Positions 36,212 through 46,333 of a stretch of 64,000 nt of DNA are shown piece after piece (position 1 is the stretch's first letter; the number at the start of each line of letters is the position of its first letter). The notes beneath the pieces are model-generated. The model saw only the letters and a program-made list of their open reading frames with translations. It did not search any database and was not told the DNA's origin. Source of the DNA: a virus; the IMG/VR virus record IMGVR_UViG_3300017589_000271, positions 3,725 to 67,724 of that record; one strand, 5' to 3'. The translations under genes were made by a program, and so were the position numbers.

Positions 36212-37090
36212 ATGGCTAGGCGGTTAGAGGGCAATATTGTTGTGGCTGATAATGAATATGATTTTAGAGAAGTTTGCAAAGGGCTTGGAGTAAATGAAGA
36301 AATCGCTTTAAACCTTGCAAAACAAACGATTGATAATGTTGTTAAACGTATGCGACTAGAGAAAATCGAGGGCAGAATATCAAACTATTACGATACATAC
36401 AGGCAATGTGGAGATAAGAGTTTAAATTCTTTTTTAACTCATTGGAAGCTAGAGCCTATCGCTCATTTAATTAAGCTAAAAAGCAATATTAGAATAGCAA
36501 ACAACGGTAAAGGTTTTTCAAACGAGTATTGTACTTTTGTTATGCTACAATCGCATTATGATTATTATAAAAAGCATAATAAAGCCCCTAAAGTTGCAAA
36601 CAACGGTAGAATTGCAAAGTATGAAACAGGCAAACGAAGCTTAGTCGAATTTAAAGGTGGTGGGAATGTCAAAGTGCCTTTAAACGAAACGTGGAAAAGG
36701 TTTAAGAGCGGTGTTTCTTCTTCCAACAAAGATAACGGTACAAAGTACACAATGCCCGAAATGGTGCTTGTGGCTTTAGAGGAGTATATGAAAGCAAGAG
36801 AGCCTATCTTTGGAAAGAAACAAATTGTTATTGATGAAAGCAAATTGATATTAGCAGAAACCACAAACATCAATATTCCGATAGACAGCGACCTTGTAAA
36901 TGAATTAAGGGCATTTATACAAAGGTATAACGCTGTTAATACACCGAAAGTTTTTGTAAGGGATATTGTGCCAAAAGCCATAAAACAGTTTTTGGACAGA
37001 ATGCCTTTAATATATGTTAATCCTCAACTATATGCAGAACAAAAAGAGTTAGAGGAAAAAGAAAAACAAACTAAAAATAAAAAGGAGTGA
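36212..37090 (+). CDS. Hypothetical protein, possibly tandem RHH at C-terminus
   Basis: Start MARR after AAAGGA; NINIPIDSDLVNELRAF..IVPKAIKQFL. Confidence 0.65.
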   Translation: MARRLEGNIVVADNEYDFREVCKGLGVNEEIALNLAKQTIDNVVKRMRLEKIEGRISNYYDTYRQCGDKSLNSFLTHWKLEPIAHLIKLKSNIRIANNGKGFSNEYCTFVMLQSHYDYYKKHNKAPKVANNGRIAKYETGKRSLVEFKGGGNVKVPLNETWKRFKSGVSSSNKDNGTKYTMPEMVLVALEEYMKAREPIFGKKQIVIDESKLILAETTNINIPIDSDLVNELRAFIQRYNAVNTPKVFVRDIVPKAIKQFLDRMPLIYVNPQLYAEQKELEEKEKQTKNKKE

Positions 37091-37563
37091 AGATGTTGGC
37101 TAGACAAGAGATTAAAAAGAATAATGCAAGTCTAGTTCCACAATCTGAACTAGATATATCCCCCATTCAAGAAGAAGAAATGCGAATTGATGTTCTTGAA
37201 AGTTTAGACCGAACAGGTTTAGTTGCACTTAGGCAACAGGATATCGCAAAAAGAAGTGAACATCTATCTTTAGAAACTAAAGAAAGTAACTTAGACAGCG
37301 TTGAAATCATCAACGAGAATATAACCAATTTGACAAGGCTTATATCAGACCCTACAATACTTCAGACGGTTTTAGCGAATGTTGAAACAGGTAAAGATTA
37401 CAACGAAGCCGTAAAGGCTGTTAGTGGGCTTGTAGACCTTAGAAACAAACAACTTGACAAAACACTTGACCCGTTCGCAAACACTGGCAAACGAAAAAAA
37501 ATAGAAGTTATGTTTCAAAGTCAAGGTGTAAGCATTGCTGCGAGAGTTGAGGTGGACGAATAG
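37087..37563 (+). CDS. Probable terminase small subunit
   Basis: Position upstream of terL; helical 158 aa. Assignment by synteny only. Confidence 0.45.
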   Translation: MKMLARQEIKKNNASLVPQSELDISPIQEEEMRIDVLESLDRTGLVALRQQDIAKRSEHLSLETKESNLDSVEIINENITNLTRLISDPTILQTVLANVETGKDYNEAVKAVSGLVDLRNKQLDKTLDPFANTGKRKKIEVMFQSQGVSIAARVEVDE

Positions 37564-38568
37564 ATGGATATAAATAGTTTAGCAAATAACTACATCTACA
37601 CAGTTTATATACATATATTCCCTAACGGTAAACAATACATAGGGATTACGAGCCAAGAACCACACAAAAGATGGGGTAACGGAAAAGGTTATAAGCAAAA
37701 TCAATACTTCAATAACGCTATAAAAAAATACGGTTGGGAAAATATAAAACACGAAATTCTATTTTCTAATCTAACAAAAAGCGAAGCTGAAAATAAAGAA
37801 ATTGAACTTATTTCTTTACACCGAAGCAATATAAAGCAGTACGGTTATAATATTGCAAATGGTGGGAATTGCAATGGCTCTGTTAGTGACGCAACAAAGT
37901 TAAAATTGAGAAATGCAAATTTGGGAAAAAAGGAAAATGAAGAAACTAAATCTAAAAAAAGAATCGCAATGTTAGGCAAAAATGATAAAGAAAAACACCC
38001 TATGTGGGGAACTACACATAGTGAATTACATAAACAGAGAATAGGTGAAAGCTTAAAAGGACGACCTGTAAGCAAAGAAACAAGAGAAAAAATACGCAAA
38101 GCTCAATTAGGCGTAAAACATAGAATGTATAACGTGACAGGTGCAGACCACCCTTATTCAATCAAGGTTGACCAATATACATTAAAAGGCGAATTTATAA
38201 AAACGTGGGACGCTCTTTCTGATATAGAAAGAACTCTTAATATAAGTACAAGCAATATTTCTAAATGCTGCAAAGGGAAAAAGGGACAGGTCAACGGATA
38301 TCGTTTCAGCTACCATAGTCAGCCTTTAACAGGCGAAAATTTAATTAGAAAAAAATCTGTTATTCAGTATAACTTACAGGGCGAAAAAGCTGGAATTTTT
38401 CAATCAATTGCAGACGCTGAAAGAGCAATGGTAAACAAGAGAACTAGCCAAATAGGAAAAGCTTGTAAAAAACATAAGAATACAAGTTTTGCTTATGGTT
38501 ATCTTTGGAGTTACGAAAACGACACCCCAATTATTAGCGTTAATCCTAACGAGGTATGTTATGGCTAG
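37564..38568 (+). CDS. Free-standing GIY-YIG homing endonuclease with NUMOD3/NUMOD1 repeats
   Basis: YTVYIH..KQYIGIT..RW, GYNIANGG, HSELHKQRIGES, VDQYTLKGEFIKTW..NISKCCKG. Confidence 0.92.
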   Translation: MDINSLANNYIYTVYIHIFPNGKQYIGITSQEPHKRWGNGKGYKQNQYFNNAIKKYGWENIKHEILFSNLTKSEAENKEIELISLHRSNIKQYGYNIANGGNCNGSVSDATKLKLRNANLGKKENEETKSKKRIAMLGKNDKEKHPMWGTTHSELHKQRIGESLKGRPVSKETREKIRKAQLGVKHRMYNVTGADHPYSIKVDQYTLKGEFIKTWDALSDIERTLNISTSNISKCCKGKKGQVNGYRFSYHSQPLTGENLIRKKSVIQYNLQGEKAGIFQSIADAERAMVNKRTSQIGKACKKHKNTSFAYGYLWSYENDTPIISVNPNEVCYG

Positions 38569-40177
38569 AAAAAAATCTATACTTGATGAAAAAGGCGAAT
38601 ACAAAAAATTAATAAAAGAAAAACCAACGTTTGACACGCCACCTACTGGGGAGCGTGTTTCTTTTTGCGAAGTTTGCGGAAAAGAGTTTGAGCAATACTT
38701 AGTAGATAGTCAAAACCGATATACAAGCTTTAAAAAGTGTTTAGAGCATAGGCAATCTCATAGAAAAAAAGACGGTGAAAATCTAACGCAAGAAATAATG
38801 AGCGTTGCGTTGGATTATACCCCGCACCCTGCACAACAAATATTCCATAATAGCAAAGCAAGATTTCGTTTACTTTGCTGTGGCTCACGTTTTGGTAAGG
38901 ATAGAGCGACAACAATGGAAGCTATTAAATATTTTTTAGCCTGTTTAAACGAGGTACGCTCAACAGATATGATACCATCAACATATTGGTGGATAGTAGC
39001 ACCTACCGAAAGAATGGCAAAGCAGAATTGGAACGAGTTAAAAAGATATTTTCCTAAAGATTTAATAGTTGATGTATCAAATTCAACAATGAGTTTACAG
39101 ACAATATACGGTGGTATTGTAGAAATTAGGAGTGCATATTCCGAGGAAAATCTTGTAGGTGTTGGTTTAGACATAGTAACTATAACCGAGGGTGCGAGAA
39201 TACCTAATATGGACGTTGTTTGGGCAAACTTAGAACAACGTCTTAATTCTCCTGGTAGAGGTTTGAATGGCAAAGGTGGAATTGGAATAATCAACAGCTC
39301 CCCTAAAGGACGAACATATTTTCATAAAATGTGGACTTGGGGGCAAAAAAACCACGCTGACTATGACCCCGATTGGGAAAGTTGGACTTTTACAACGTGG
39401 GATAACCCAGCAATGGAAGCGAAAGGGCAAGAAGTAAAGATAAACAAGTTTGGTGTACCTGTTACTTATAAAGAGCGTTTAAGAAAACGTTTAGGAGATA
39501 GACGATATAGGCAGGATATTATGGCTGAAACTCTTGCAGAAACTGAAAACTGTTTTAAAAACTTTGAAGAAAATTGTGTAGTACATATTTCTCAAAACCT
39601 TAATAAAGAGCAGAAAAAAGCGTATATCAAAGAATGGCAAGAACCTGTTCCATATTATTCATATGTTATAGGTTATGACCCTGCAAGCGTAAATGATGAC
39701 CCTGCTGTAATTGTAATCGAGCAAGAAACAGGGAACGCAAAAAAGCTTGTGAATATGAGTGGGTACAATTGGACGAAACAATACGATTATTTAACTTCAC
39801 TTGCAATTCAGTATAACAATGCACCTATTGCATTTGGTAGGACAGGACACGAAACGATAGATGAAGAATTAATCAAACGTGGAAACGTCACAATACCTTT
39901 AAATGAGCAAGGACAGAATAAAGCAAACTATGTTAATCACTTAGAAATGGTTGTTGAAAATAGTATGTTTCACGTTCTTTATGACGAAACGGACGAATGC
40001 GATAAACTTATCCTTGAATTTAACGATTATTCCGCAAAAGAAAAAGGGAATACAGTTGTATATTCAAATAACGAAGCAGACCACGACGACTTTGTATCGT
40101 GTACATACTTTGCGTTTCAAGGGATAAAAGTACCAGAAGACACATTGCCGTTTATGGGTTGTATGTCAAGCATATAG
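38561..40177 (+). CDS. Terminase large subunit
   Basis: PHPAQ, Walker A CGSRFGKD, Walker B variant VTITEGA, SSPKG, nuclease GYDPA and HDDFV; start MARKK after GAGG. Confidence 0.9.
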   Translation: MARKKSILDEKGEYKKLIKEKPTFDTPPTGERVSFCEVCGKEFEQYLVDSQNRYTSFKKCLEHRQSHRKKDGENLTQEIMSVALDYTPHPAQQIFHNSKARFRLLCCGSRFGKDRATTMEAIKYFLACLNEVRSTDMIPSTYWWIVAPTERMAKQNWNELKRYFPKDLIVDVSNSTMSLQTIYGGIVEIRSAYSEENLVGVGLDIVTITEGARIPNMDVVWANLEQRLNSPGRGLNGKGGIGIINSSPKGRTYFHKMWTWGQKNHADYDPDWESWTFTTWDNPAMEAKGQEVKINKFGVPVTYKERLRKRLGDRRYRQDIMAETLAETENCFKNFEENCVVHISQNLNKEQKKAYIKEWQEPVPYYSYVIGYDPASVNDDPAVIVIEQETGNAKKLVNMSGYNWTKQYDYLTSLAIQYNNAPIAFGRTGHETIDEELIKRGNVTIPLNEQGQNKANYVNHLEMVVENSMFHVLYDETDECDKLILEFNDYSAKEKGNTVVYSNNEADHDDFVSCTYFAFQGIKVPEDTLPFMGCMSSI

Positions 40178-40206
40178 CGTATTAAGAAAGGTAGGTGAAA
40201 TCATAA

Positions 40207-41595
40207 TTGAGTTTTTTAAACAGGAAAACAAAGCAAGCTCCAGACACATTGGAAATAACAAAAGGTAGAATATCATTGCCTAACGCAAGTGTTAAGCGAA
40301 TAACAGGTAACAAGCAACGTGAACGCAACTTACTTCAATCGTTACAAAACACAACGGACGTGTATAAGGCTATTGAGTTAATCGTAAAGCAACACCCAGA
40401 CGCAAAAATGGCAGTTACTTCAATTCTTAGATTATCAAACAACGGAAACACAACGGAGTTTTACGATAAAAACGGAAAACGTAACAATGAGGTTGAAAGC
40501 GAATGGCATAGTTTTTGTCAACGTGTTCACGCTATTAGCAACGATGGACTTGACGGATTAGTAAATCAGTTACATAAATCGGCTTTATTGTTTGGTGGAA
40601 TGGGTGGCGAAATCGTTGTTAAATCTGATTTGAGCGATATCGAGGACGTCTACCCTATTCTTCCACAAAGTATCGAATGGAATTTAGAAAAGCGAGATGG
40701 AATTGATAAATGGGTTGCGTATCAGACACAAGGAAGTGCAAAGGTTGACCTTTCAAAAGGTAATTTTGTATGGATTGCGTTTGACCCAGACATAGACCAG
40801 CCACAAGGAACGTTAATGCTTGAAAGTGCATTACAGGCTATTGTATATCAATTGCAATTCCTAGCCGATACATCAGCAGTTTTAAGGCGTGTAGGCTATC
40901 CTCGTATGGATTGGGAAATCGACAGAGAAGCAGTATTAAAATCACTTCCTGCAAATGTAAGGAATGACCCTCAAAAACTCAAAGATGCAATGAGAGAACG
41001 TTTTGAGTGGATAAAATCACTTATGCGAGAACTCGAGCCAACGGACGACTTTGTTCATTTTGACGATATGAAACAGAGTGGAAAAGGTGCAAGTGGTGAC
41101 GGTTCTCGAACGATTGATATTAGAGCTTACAATGAAATTGTTGACCCACAAGTTATAAATGGCTTAGGTTGTATGAGTTTACTTTTAAACAGGACAACAG
41201 GAAGTACGGAAACTTGGGGAACGGTACAGCTTCAAATTATGGTTAAGACAATTGAAAATTTGCAACGAGGTAGCAAACGGTTTATTGAGAATATACAACG
41301 GATATGGTTGCAAGTAAAAGGGTACGATTTAACCCCTAAATTTAGCCATAACCCAGTTGATTATCAAAATGAACTTGCAAAGTTAGATGTTCATATTAAA
41401 AAATTGGAAGTTAATCGTAGGGCAGAAGAATATGAGTGGATTGACAAACAATCGGCAGCACGAAATGCAATGAATGTGGCTGAACTTCCAACGGATAGCG
41501 AAAATACACATTTCGCATATATCAATAAAATAGTTGGTGCTGAAAGCGAACAAGAAACAACGAGTAATCAAGCAGAGGAGGAAGAGAATGTTTAA
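40207..41595 (+). CDS. Portal protein
   Basis: 462 aa between terL and protease; PQGTLMLESAL, GYPRMD. Confidence 0.8.
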   Translation: MSFLNRKTKQAPDTLEITKGRISLPNASVKRITGNKQRERNLLQSLQNTTDVYKAIELIVKQHPDAKMAVTSILRLSNNGNTTEFYDKNGKRNNEVESEWHSFCQRVHAISNDGLDGLVNQLHKSALLFGGMGGEIVVKSDLSDIEDVYPILPQSIEWNLEKRDGIDKWVAYQTQGSAKVDLSKGNFVWIAFDPDIDQPQGTLMLESALQAIVYQLQFLADTSAVLRRVGYPRMDWEIDREAVLKSLPANVRNDPQKLKDAMRERFEWIKSLMRELEPTDDFVHFDDMKQSGKGASGDGSRTIDIRAYNEIVDPQVINGLGCMSLLLNRTTGSTETWGTVQLQIMVKTIENLQRGSKRFIENIQRIWLQVKGYDLTPKFSHNPVDYQNELAKLDVHIKKLEVNRRAEEYEWIDKQSAARNAMNVAELPTDSENTHFAYINKIVGAESEQETTSNQAEEEENV

Positions 41596-42814
41596 ACCAA
41601 TACAAAACACAAATTATTTTAGTTTACAGGCAAAAGTTAATAATGCGAATGATGGCGAACTTATGATATATGGAGATATATCAAGTGTTAAATGGTATGA
41701 CGAAGATGTAACACCAAAAGACGTTGACACAGAGCTTAAAAAGCTGGGTAATGTTAAAAACATAACTGTTCGCATTAATTCTTACGGCGGTGAGGTGTTC
41801 GCCGGAATAGCTATTATTACTATGTTAGAAGCTAAAAAAGCGAAAGGTTGCAAGGTGACAACAGTTATTGAGGGTATCGCAGCTAGTATGGGTAGTGCTA
41901 TTGCATTAGCAGGAGATGAAATCATTATGAGTGAAAACGCACAAATGATGATACATAAACCGTCAACGCTCACTGTTGGAAATGCTGACGACCTAGCGAA
42001 ATCAATAGAAGTTCTCAATCGTTGCGAACAATCAATTTGCAATGTCTATATGAAACATTATAAAGGCACAGAAGAAGAATTAAAAGCGTTGCTTGCAGAG
42101 GAAACGTGGCTTAATGCTAGTGAAGCGTTAGAATGTGGATTATGCACAAAGATTGAGGGCGAAGTTAAAATCGCAGCTAGTGCAAAAGGTTTTGTATTTA
42201 ATAAAACCGAAATACCTAGCGAAATACTAGACAAAATCAAAAATACAATCAAGGTAAATGACAAAGGTGGTGAAGAAGAAATGTTTAATAAAGAACAGCA
42301 AGATACTATAAAAAGTATGCTTGACAGTAGCCAAGTAGTTTCTATTAGAAAAAGTGAAAATGGTGACTTTGTATTCAGCGAAGTCGAAATCAAGGATAGA
42401 TGTGCTGAAATACAAAACTCTCTTGTGGCTATGGGATTGAATTTGTATGTAGACGAAGATAAAAAAGAGGTAAAAGCTTTTCCAGCTATTTTATCAGAGT
42501 TGAAAAAACAATGGTCTGAAAACAATGTAGACGAAACACTTAAAGACAAAGCCACAGCTTACGACACAATCAAAAGCAAAGCAATTGAAAACGCACTTAA
42601 AAACGGTGTAAAAGCTAAAACCGATAAGTTCGATAAGGAGCGTTGGACTAAAGTGTTTGACAGTTTTACAATTGATGAAATTCAAGCACAAGGTCAAGAG
42701 TGGGAAGCCGAAGCAAGCATTGTTTTAAATGCAGGTAGGCATATTTCAAATCAAGCAAATTCAAACAAACAATCAGAAGAAAAAGAATTTAACGAAAAAG
42801 ACTATGCCATTTAA
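41588..42814 (+). CDS. ClpP-type prohead protease fused to scaffold
   Basis: IYGDI, INSYGGEV, IAASMGS, MMIHKP, ETWLNASEA; charged helical C-terminal half. Confidence 0.92.
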   Translation: MFKPIQNTNYFSLQAKVNNANDGELMIYGDISSVKWYDEDVTPKDVDTELKKLGNVKNITVRINSYGGEVFAGIAIITMLEAKKAKGCKVTTVIEGIAASMGSAIALAGDEIIMSENAQMMIHKPSTLTVGNADDLAKSIEVLNRCEQSICNVYMKHYKGTEEELKALLAEETWLNASEALECGLCTKIEGEVKIAASAKGFVFNKTEIPSEILDKIKNTIKVNDKGGEEEMFNKEQQDTIKSMLDSSQVVSIRKSENGDFVFSEVEIKDRCAEIQNSLVAMGLNLYVDEDKKEVKAFPAILSELKKQWSENNVDETLKDKATAYDTIKSKAIENALKNGVKAKTDKFDKERWTKVFDSFTIDEIQAQGQEWEAEASIVLNAGRHISNQANSNKQSEEKEFNEKDYAI

Positions 42815-42856
42815 TTATGGGTAGTCTTTTTTAATTTGAAAGGCAGGTAAAAGTAT

Positions 42857-43270
42857 ATGGCACTTTTTAATTTAGGTTATGCAGGTATTGGAGTAGTTAC
42901 GGCTACATTCGCACTTGACGAAACAACAAAAACAGCAATTGGCACGAACTATGACGGTGCAAAAGGTAAAGCGGTTGCATTGACCGCAACAAACACAGTA
43001 GGATATGGAGCAGTTGCAGGAAGTCCACTATTTGGAGTTATTGAAAAAGTTGACGCTAGAGGACTTGCAAGTATTTCTGTTAAAGGTTTTTTTGAGGACG
43101 TTCCAATTAAAAAGTTTGGAACTACACCAGCATATCCAACAATGGGCGAAATCGGTTTGGGTGTTGACGACACAGGAAGTGTAGTTAAACTAACCGCAGG
43201 TAAAAAAGGTCAATTAACAGGTATTACTAGTACAGACGGTGATACTTCAACATCAACAATTTTACTTTAA
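42857..43270 (+). CDS. Head decoration/cement protein
   Basis: Gly/Thr-rich 137 aa immediately before the capsid gene. Confidence 0.7.
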   Translation: MALFNLGYAGIGVVTATFALDETTKTAIGTNYDGAKGKAVALTATNTVGYGAVAGSPLFGVIEKVDARGLASISVKGFFEDVPIKKFGTTPAYPTMGEIGLGVDDTGSVVKLTAGKKGQLTGITSTDGDTSTSTILL

Positions 43271-43294
43271 ATTTGAAAGGCAGGTAAAACACAT

Positions 43295-44350
43295 ATGGGC
43301 AAAATTATATTAACCGACAATATTGTCGCAGACGCAAGAGATAGAGGAATGCGAATAGTTGACGCATTGGCAGAAAAATACGCAGGTGAGATAGCTGATA
43401 AAGTCAAAGAGAACCCAGCACTAAACAAGCTTAACCCTCTACAATTGGTTATGGTTGACGCTGGCTTGACAAACAAGTCAAGAATTAAAGACTTTTACGA
43501 CAGTGGAAATAACGAACTACTTTTCCCTACAATTATTGATACTAAGTTATCTGAAACAGTTGGGAAAGACCCATTCTTGTCTTATATTATCGGTTCAGAA
43601 CAAGGCATTGACGGTGTATCCGTTAAGGCTCTTACACTTGATTTGACAAATGAAGATAACAAAAAAGCACTAAATAAACGTGATATTGTGCAAGGTTCTG
43701 ATTTGCCAATTGTTAAAATCAAAACAGGCGATAAAGCAATTTCACTATACAAACGTGGAGTAGCTGTTGAAACTACATACGAAGCAATTAGACACACTAC
43801 ACTCGATATGTTCCTAAAAACAATTGAGGTTATCGGTGCTAATTCAGCTAATCAACAAATGGGCGACGCAATAGATGTTTTGATTAACGGTGACGGAAAC
43901 GATAACTCAGCTACTGCTGATACAACTGCTGACGTTGCTCTTACAAATGCTGACTTAGTTAAATTTGCGTTAAATTTCTATGACGCAAATAATGGACTTG
44001 TTCTTGACACTATCATTTGCGGACAAGATATGTATATGTCTTTGGTGAATATGGTTACTGCTATTACAAACAGCAATGAGTACAAGCTGGGTGCAGGTTT
44101 TAACTTCCCACAATCAATGTTCCAAAGCTTAAATGTTATTTACGATAACAGAGTACCTAAAGCAAGCACAAAAAATCAGCTAATCGGTTTAAATAGAGCA
44201 AACGCACTAACAAAATACTTTGAAACAGGTTCACTTATCAATGAAGTTGCAAAAAATATCCGTAACCAAACTCAAATAGGCACATTGTCTGAAACAGTTG
44301 GTTATGCGAAGTTTATTAATTCAGCTTCAAGAGTGCTGAAACTAAAATAA
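43295..44350 (+). CDS. Major capsid protein
   Basis: 351 aa; LFP, KRGVAVETTYEAIR, DAIDVLINGDGN; position in head operon. Confidence 0.88.
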   Translation: MGKIILTDNIVADARDRGMRIVDALAEKYAGEIADKVKENPALNKLNPLQLVMVDAGLTNKSRIKDFYDSGNNELLFPTIIDTKLSETVGKDPFLSYIIGSEQGIDGVSVKALTLDLTNEDNKKALNKRDIVQGSDLPIVKIKTGDKAISLYKRGVAVETTYEAIRHTTLDMFLKTIEVIGANSANQQMGDAIDVLINGDGNDNSATADTTADVALTNADLVKFALNFYDANNGLVLDTIICGQDMYMSLVNMVTAITNSNEYKLGAGFNFPQSMFQSLNVIYDNRVPKASTKNQLIGLNRANALTKYFETGSLINEVAKNIRNQTQIGTLSETVGYAKFINSASRVLKLK

Positions 44351-44368
44351 GCTAAGAGTATTTTTATC

Positions 44369-44400
44369 AAGCCCACTATTTTTTATTAGATAGTGGGCTT
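44369..44400 (+). terminator. Hairpin after capsid gene
   Basis: AAGCCCACTAT/ATAGTGGGCTT. Confidence 0.6.
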
Positions 44401-44440
44401 CATTAAGAATATTTAAAATTTATTAAAAAGGTGTGGTATA

Positions 44441-44806
44441 ATGCAAAACTCTCCAACAGTTGTATCTTTCTTAAAGGACATATTTTATATTTTAACAATG
44501 GTGCTTGGAATTTTAGGAACAGCATATGGGTACAGCCAAAAGAAAAAGAACAAAGAAGATAAAACCCTTATAGAAACAATTACGTCAAAAATAAAAGACG
44601 AAGTTACCCCAATTATAACAAAGCTAGATATGCAAGTACAGACGACTGAAACAATGCGAAAACGTGATGAAGCTACAACATATTGCACGTTAGCGTTGTG
44701 CAAAAACGCTTTATATAATGGTGACGCAAAAAATGAAGTTAAGACCAGTATGAGTAATCTTGAAAAGATATTGAATACAACGATATGTGGGAAAGGAGAG
44801 TGTTAA
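44441..44806 (+). CDS. Single-TM membrane protein (holin/hemolysin-like)
   Basis: N-terminal TM, lysine cluster, coiled coil. Confidence 0.55.
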   Translation: MQNSPTVVSFLKDIFYILTMVLGILGTAYGYSQKKKNKEDKTLIETITSKIKDEVTPIITKLDMQVQTTETMRKRDEATTYCTLALCKNALYNGDAKNEVKTSMSNLEKILNTTICGKGEC

Positions 44807-44809
44807 TTA

Positions 44810-46333
44810 ATGATACAAATTGTAAACAGAGAAATGCAGATACCAGCAAATGAAAAAGTTATTGGCATACAAGGCGATAATTTAAGCGAAACAAGGGTAT
44901 TTTCAATTGACAAAGTGATTGACGGAGTAGATTTATCAACTTTTACACCACTTATTCAATTGCAAACTAGCTACCCTACAAGCCCACCGTTTTTCGATAC
45001 ATTGACATCAAAAATAGAGGGAACTAAGCTTATATTATCGTGGAAAGTATCAAAACACGATACAGCAACAAAAGGTAATTTATATTTTCAAATTATGTTT
45101 TCAAAGGCAATTACAGAGGACGCAATTATTTATCAAACAATTAAAGATTATTTTGTGGTTGCTCCATCTTTAGAGGCTAGGGCAGAATACGAAAACATAC
45201 CGCCTAATGTGTTAGAAACCTACATAGACCAAGCGAAAGCTGAAGCTGATAGAGCTTTAAGCATAGCTGACGGATTGACAGGTCAAGTTAATACAGCTAC
45301 AGATAGTGCAAACACAGCTACAACTAATGCGATTATTGCAACAGGTAATGCAAATACAGCTACAACTAATGCAACCACGCAAGCAAATTATGCTAAAGGT
45401 GTTGGCGAATTACTTGAAACTAAACTTGCTAACGGTGAATTTAAAGGTGTTCAAGGTGAACAGGGTATTCAAGGAATTCAAGGCGACAAGGGTGAGCAAG
45501 GCATTCGAGGTGAACAGGGTATTCAAGGAATTCAAGGCGACAAGGGTGAGCAAGGAATTCAAGGTTTGCAGGGAATACAGGGTGAGCAAGGTATACAAGG
45601 ATTAAAAGGTGATAAAGGAGATAAAGGCGACAAGGGCGAGGGTTTAAATCTTGCGGGTAGTTTTAATTCTTTAGCTGAATTGCAACTAGCTTATCCAAAC
45701 GGAAACGGAACTAACTCATATTTAATCGGCGCTGACGTTTACATATGGAACGGTACAGAATGGATAAATGGCGGAAGAATACAAGGCGAAAGAGGAACAG
45801 ATGGAATAAGTGCATATCAACAAGCACAATCTTCTGGGTATACAGGCACTCTTTTAGAATTCACCACTTCCCTATCACAAGTTGGGAACAAAGTTGACAA
45901 AGATGGCACAAAAGTCTTATCAGATGAAAATTACACAGCTGAAGAAAAAACAAAGTTATTAGATTTATCAAACTATGATGATACAGCTATCAAACAAAGC
46001 ATAACAGGAATATCTGATAATATTACTTCAATTCAAACTTCGCTCACAACTAAAGCCGACAAATCAACACAACTATCCTCAACACTAATAACTACTGCAT
46101 GGACAGGTGATACTGCACCATTTACTCAAACCCTCACAGTAACAGGTGCAACCCTAACTAATGTCAATGAAGTATTGCCATCTCTTACTATCACAACACC
46201 ACAACTTGAAGCGTATCAATCAGCAAACTTGCAAGACGGTGGACAAGATGTAAATAGCGTTGTTGTACTAGCATATGGGGATAAACCAACAATAGATATT
46301 CCAATTAGAATTATAGTTAGGGGTGATATGTAA
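44810..46333 (+). CDS. BppU-like fibre protein with collagen-like repeats
   Basis: IGIQGDNLSE..ILSWKV..G.LYFQI N-terminus, about 20 G-X-Y triplets, LSDENYTAEEKTKL. Confidence 0.8.
   Translation: MIQIVNREMQIPANEKVIGIQGDNLSETRVFSIDKVIDGVDLSTFTPLIQLQTSYPTSPPFFDTLTSKIEGTKLILSWKVSKHDTATKGNLYFQIMFSKAITEDAIIYQTIKDYFVVAPSLEARAEYENIPPNVLETYIDQAKAEADRALSIADGLTGQVNTATDSANTATTNAIIATGNANTATTNATTQANYAKGVGELLETKLANGEFKGVQGEQGIQGIQGDKGEQGIRGEQGIQGIQGDKGEQGIQGLQGIQGEQGIQGLKGDKGDKGDKGEGLNLAGSFNSLAELQLAYPNGNGTNSYLIGADVYIWNGTEWINGGRIQGERGTDGISAYQQAQSSGYTGTLLEFTTSLSQVGNKVDKDGTKVLSDENYTAEEKTKLLDLSNYDDTAIKQSITGISDNITSIQTSLTTKADKSTQLSSTLITTAWTGDTAPFTQTLTVTGATLTNVNEVLPSLTITTPQLEAYQSANLQDGGQDVNSVVVLAYGDKPTIDIPIRIIVRGDM
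45454..45555. repeat. 54-bp-period direct repeat encoding collagen triplets
   Basis: AGGTGAACAGGGTATTCAAGGAATTCAAGGCGACAAGGGTGAGCAAGG at 45454 and 45508. Confidence 0.9.

Noticed and set aside
37564-38568. Group I intron around the GIY-YIG gene
   Set aside because: The ORF abuts both neighbours, leaving no room for intron core helices, and terL appears complete.
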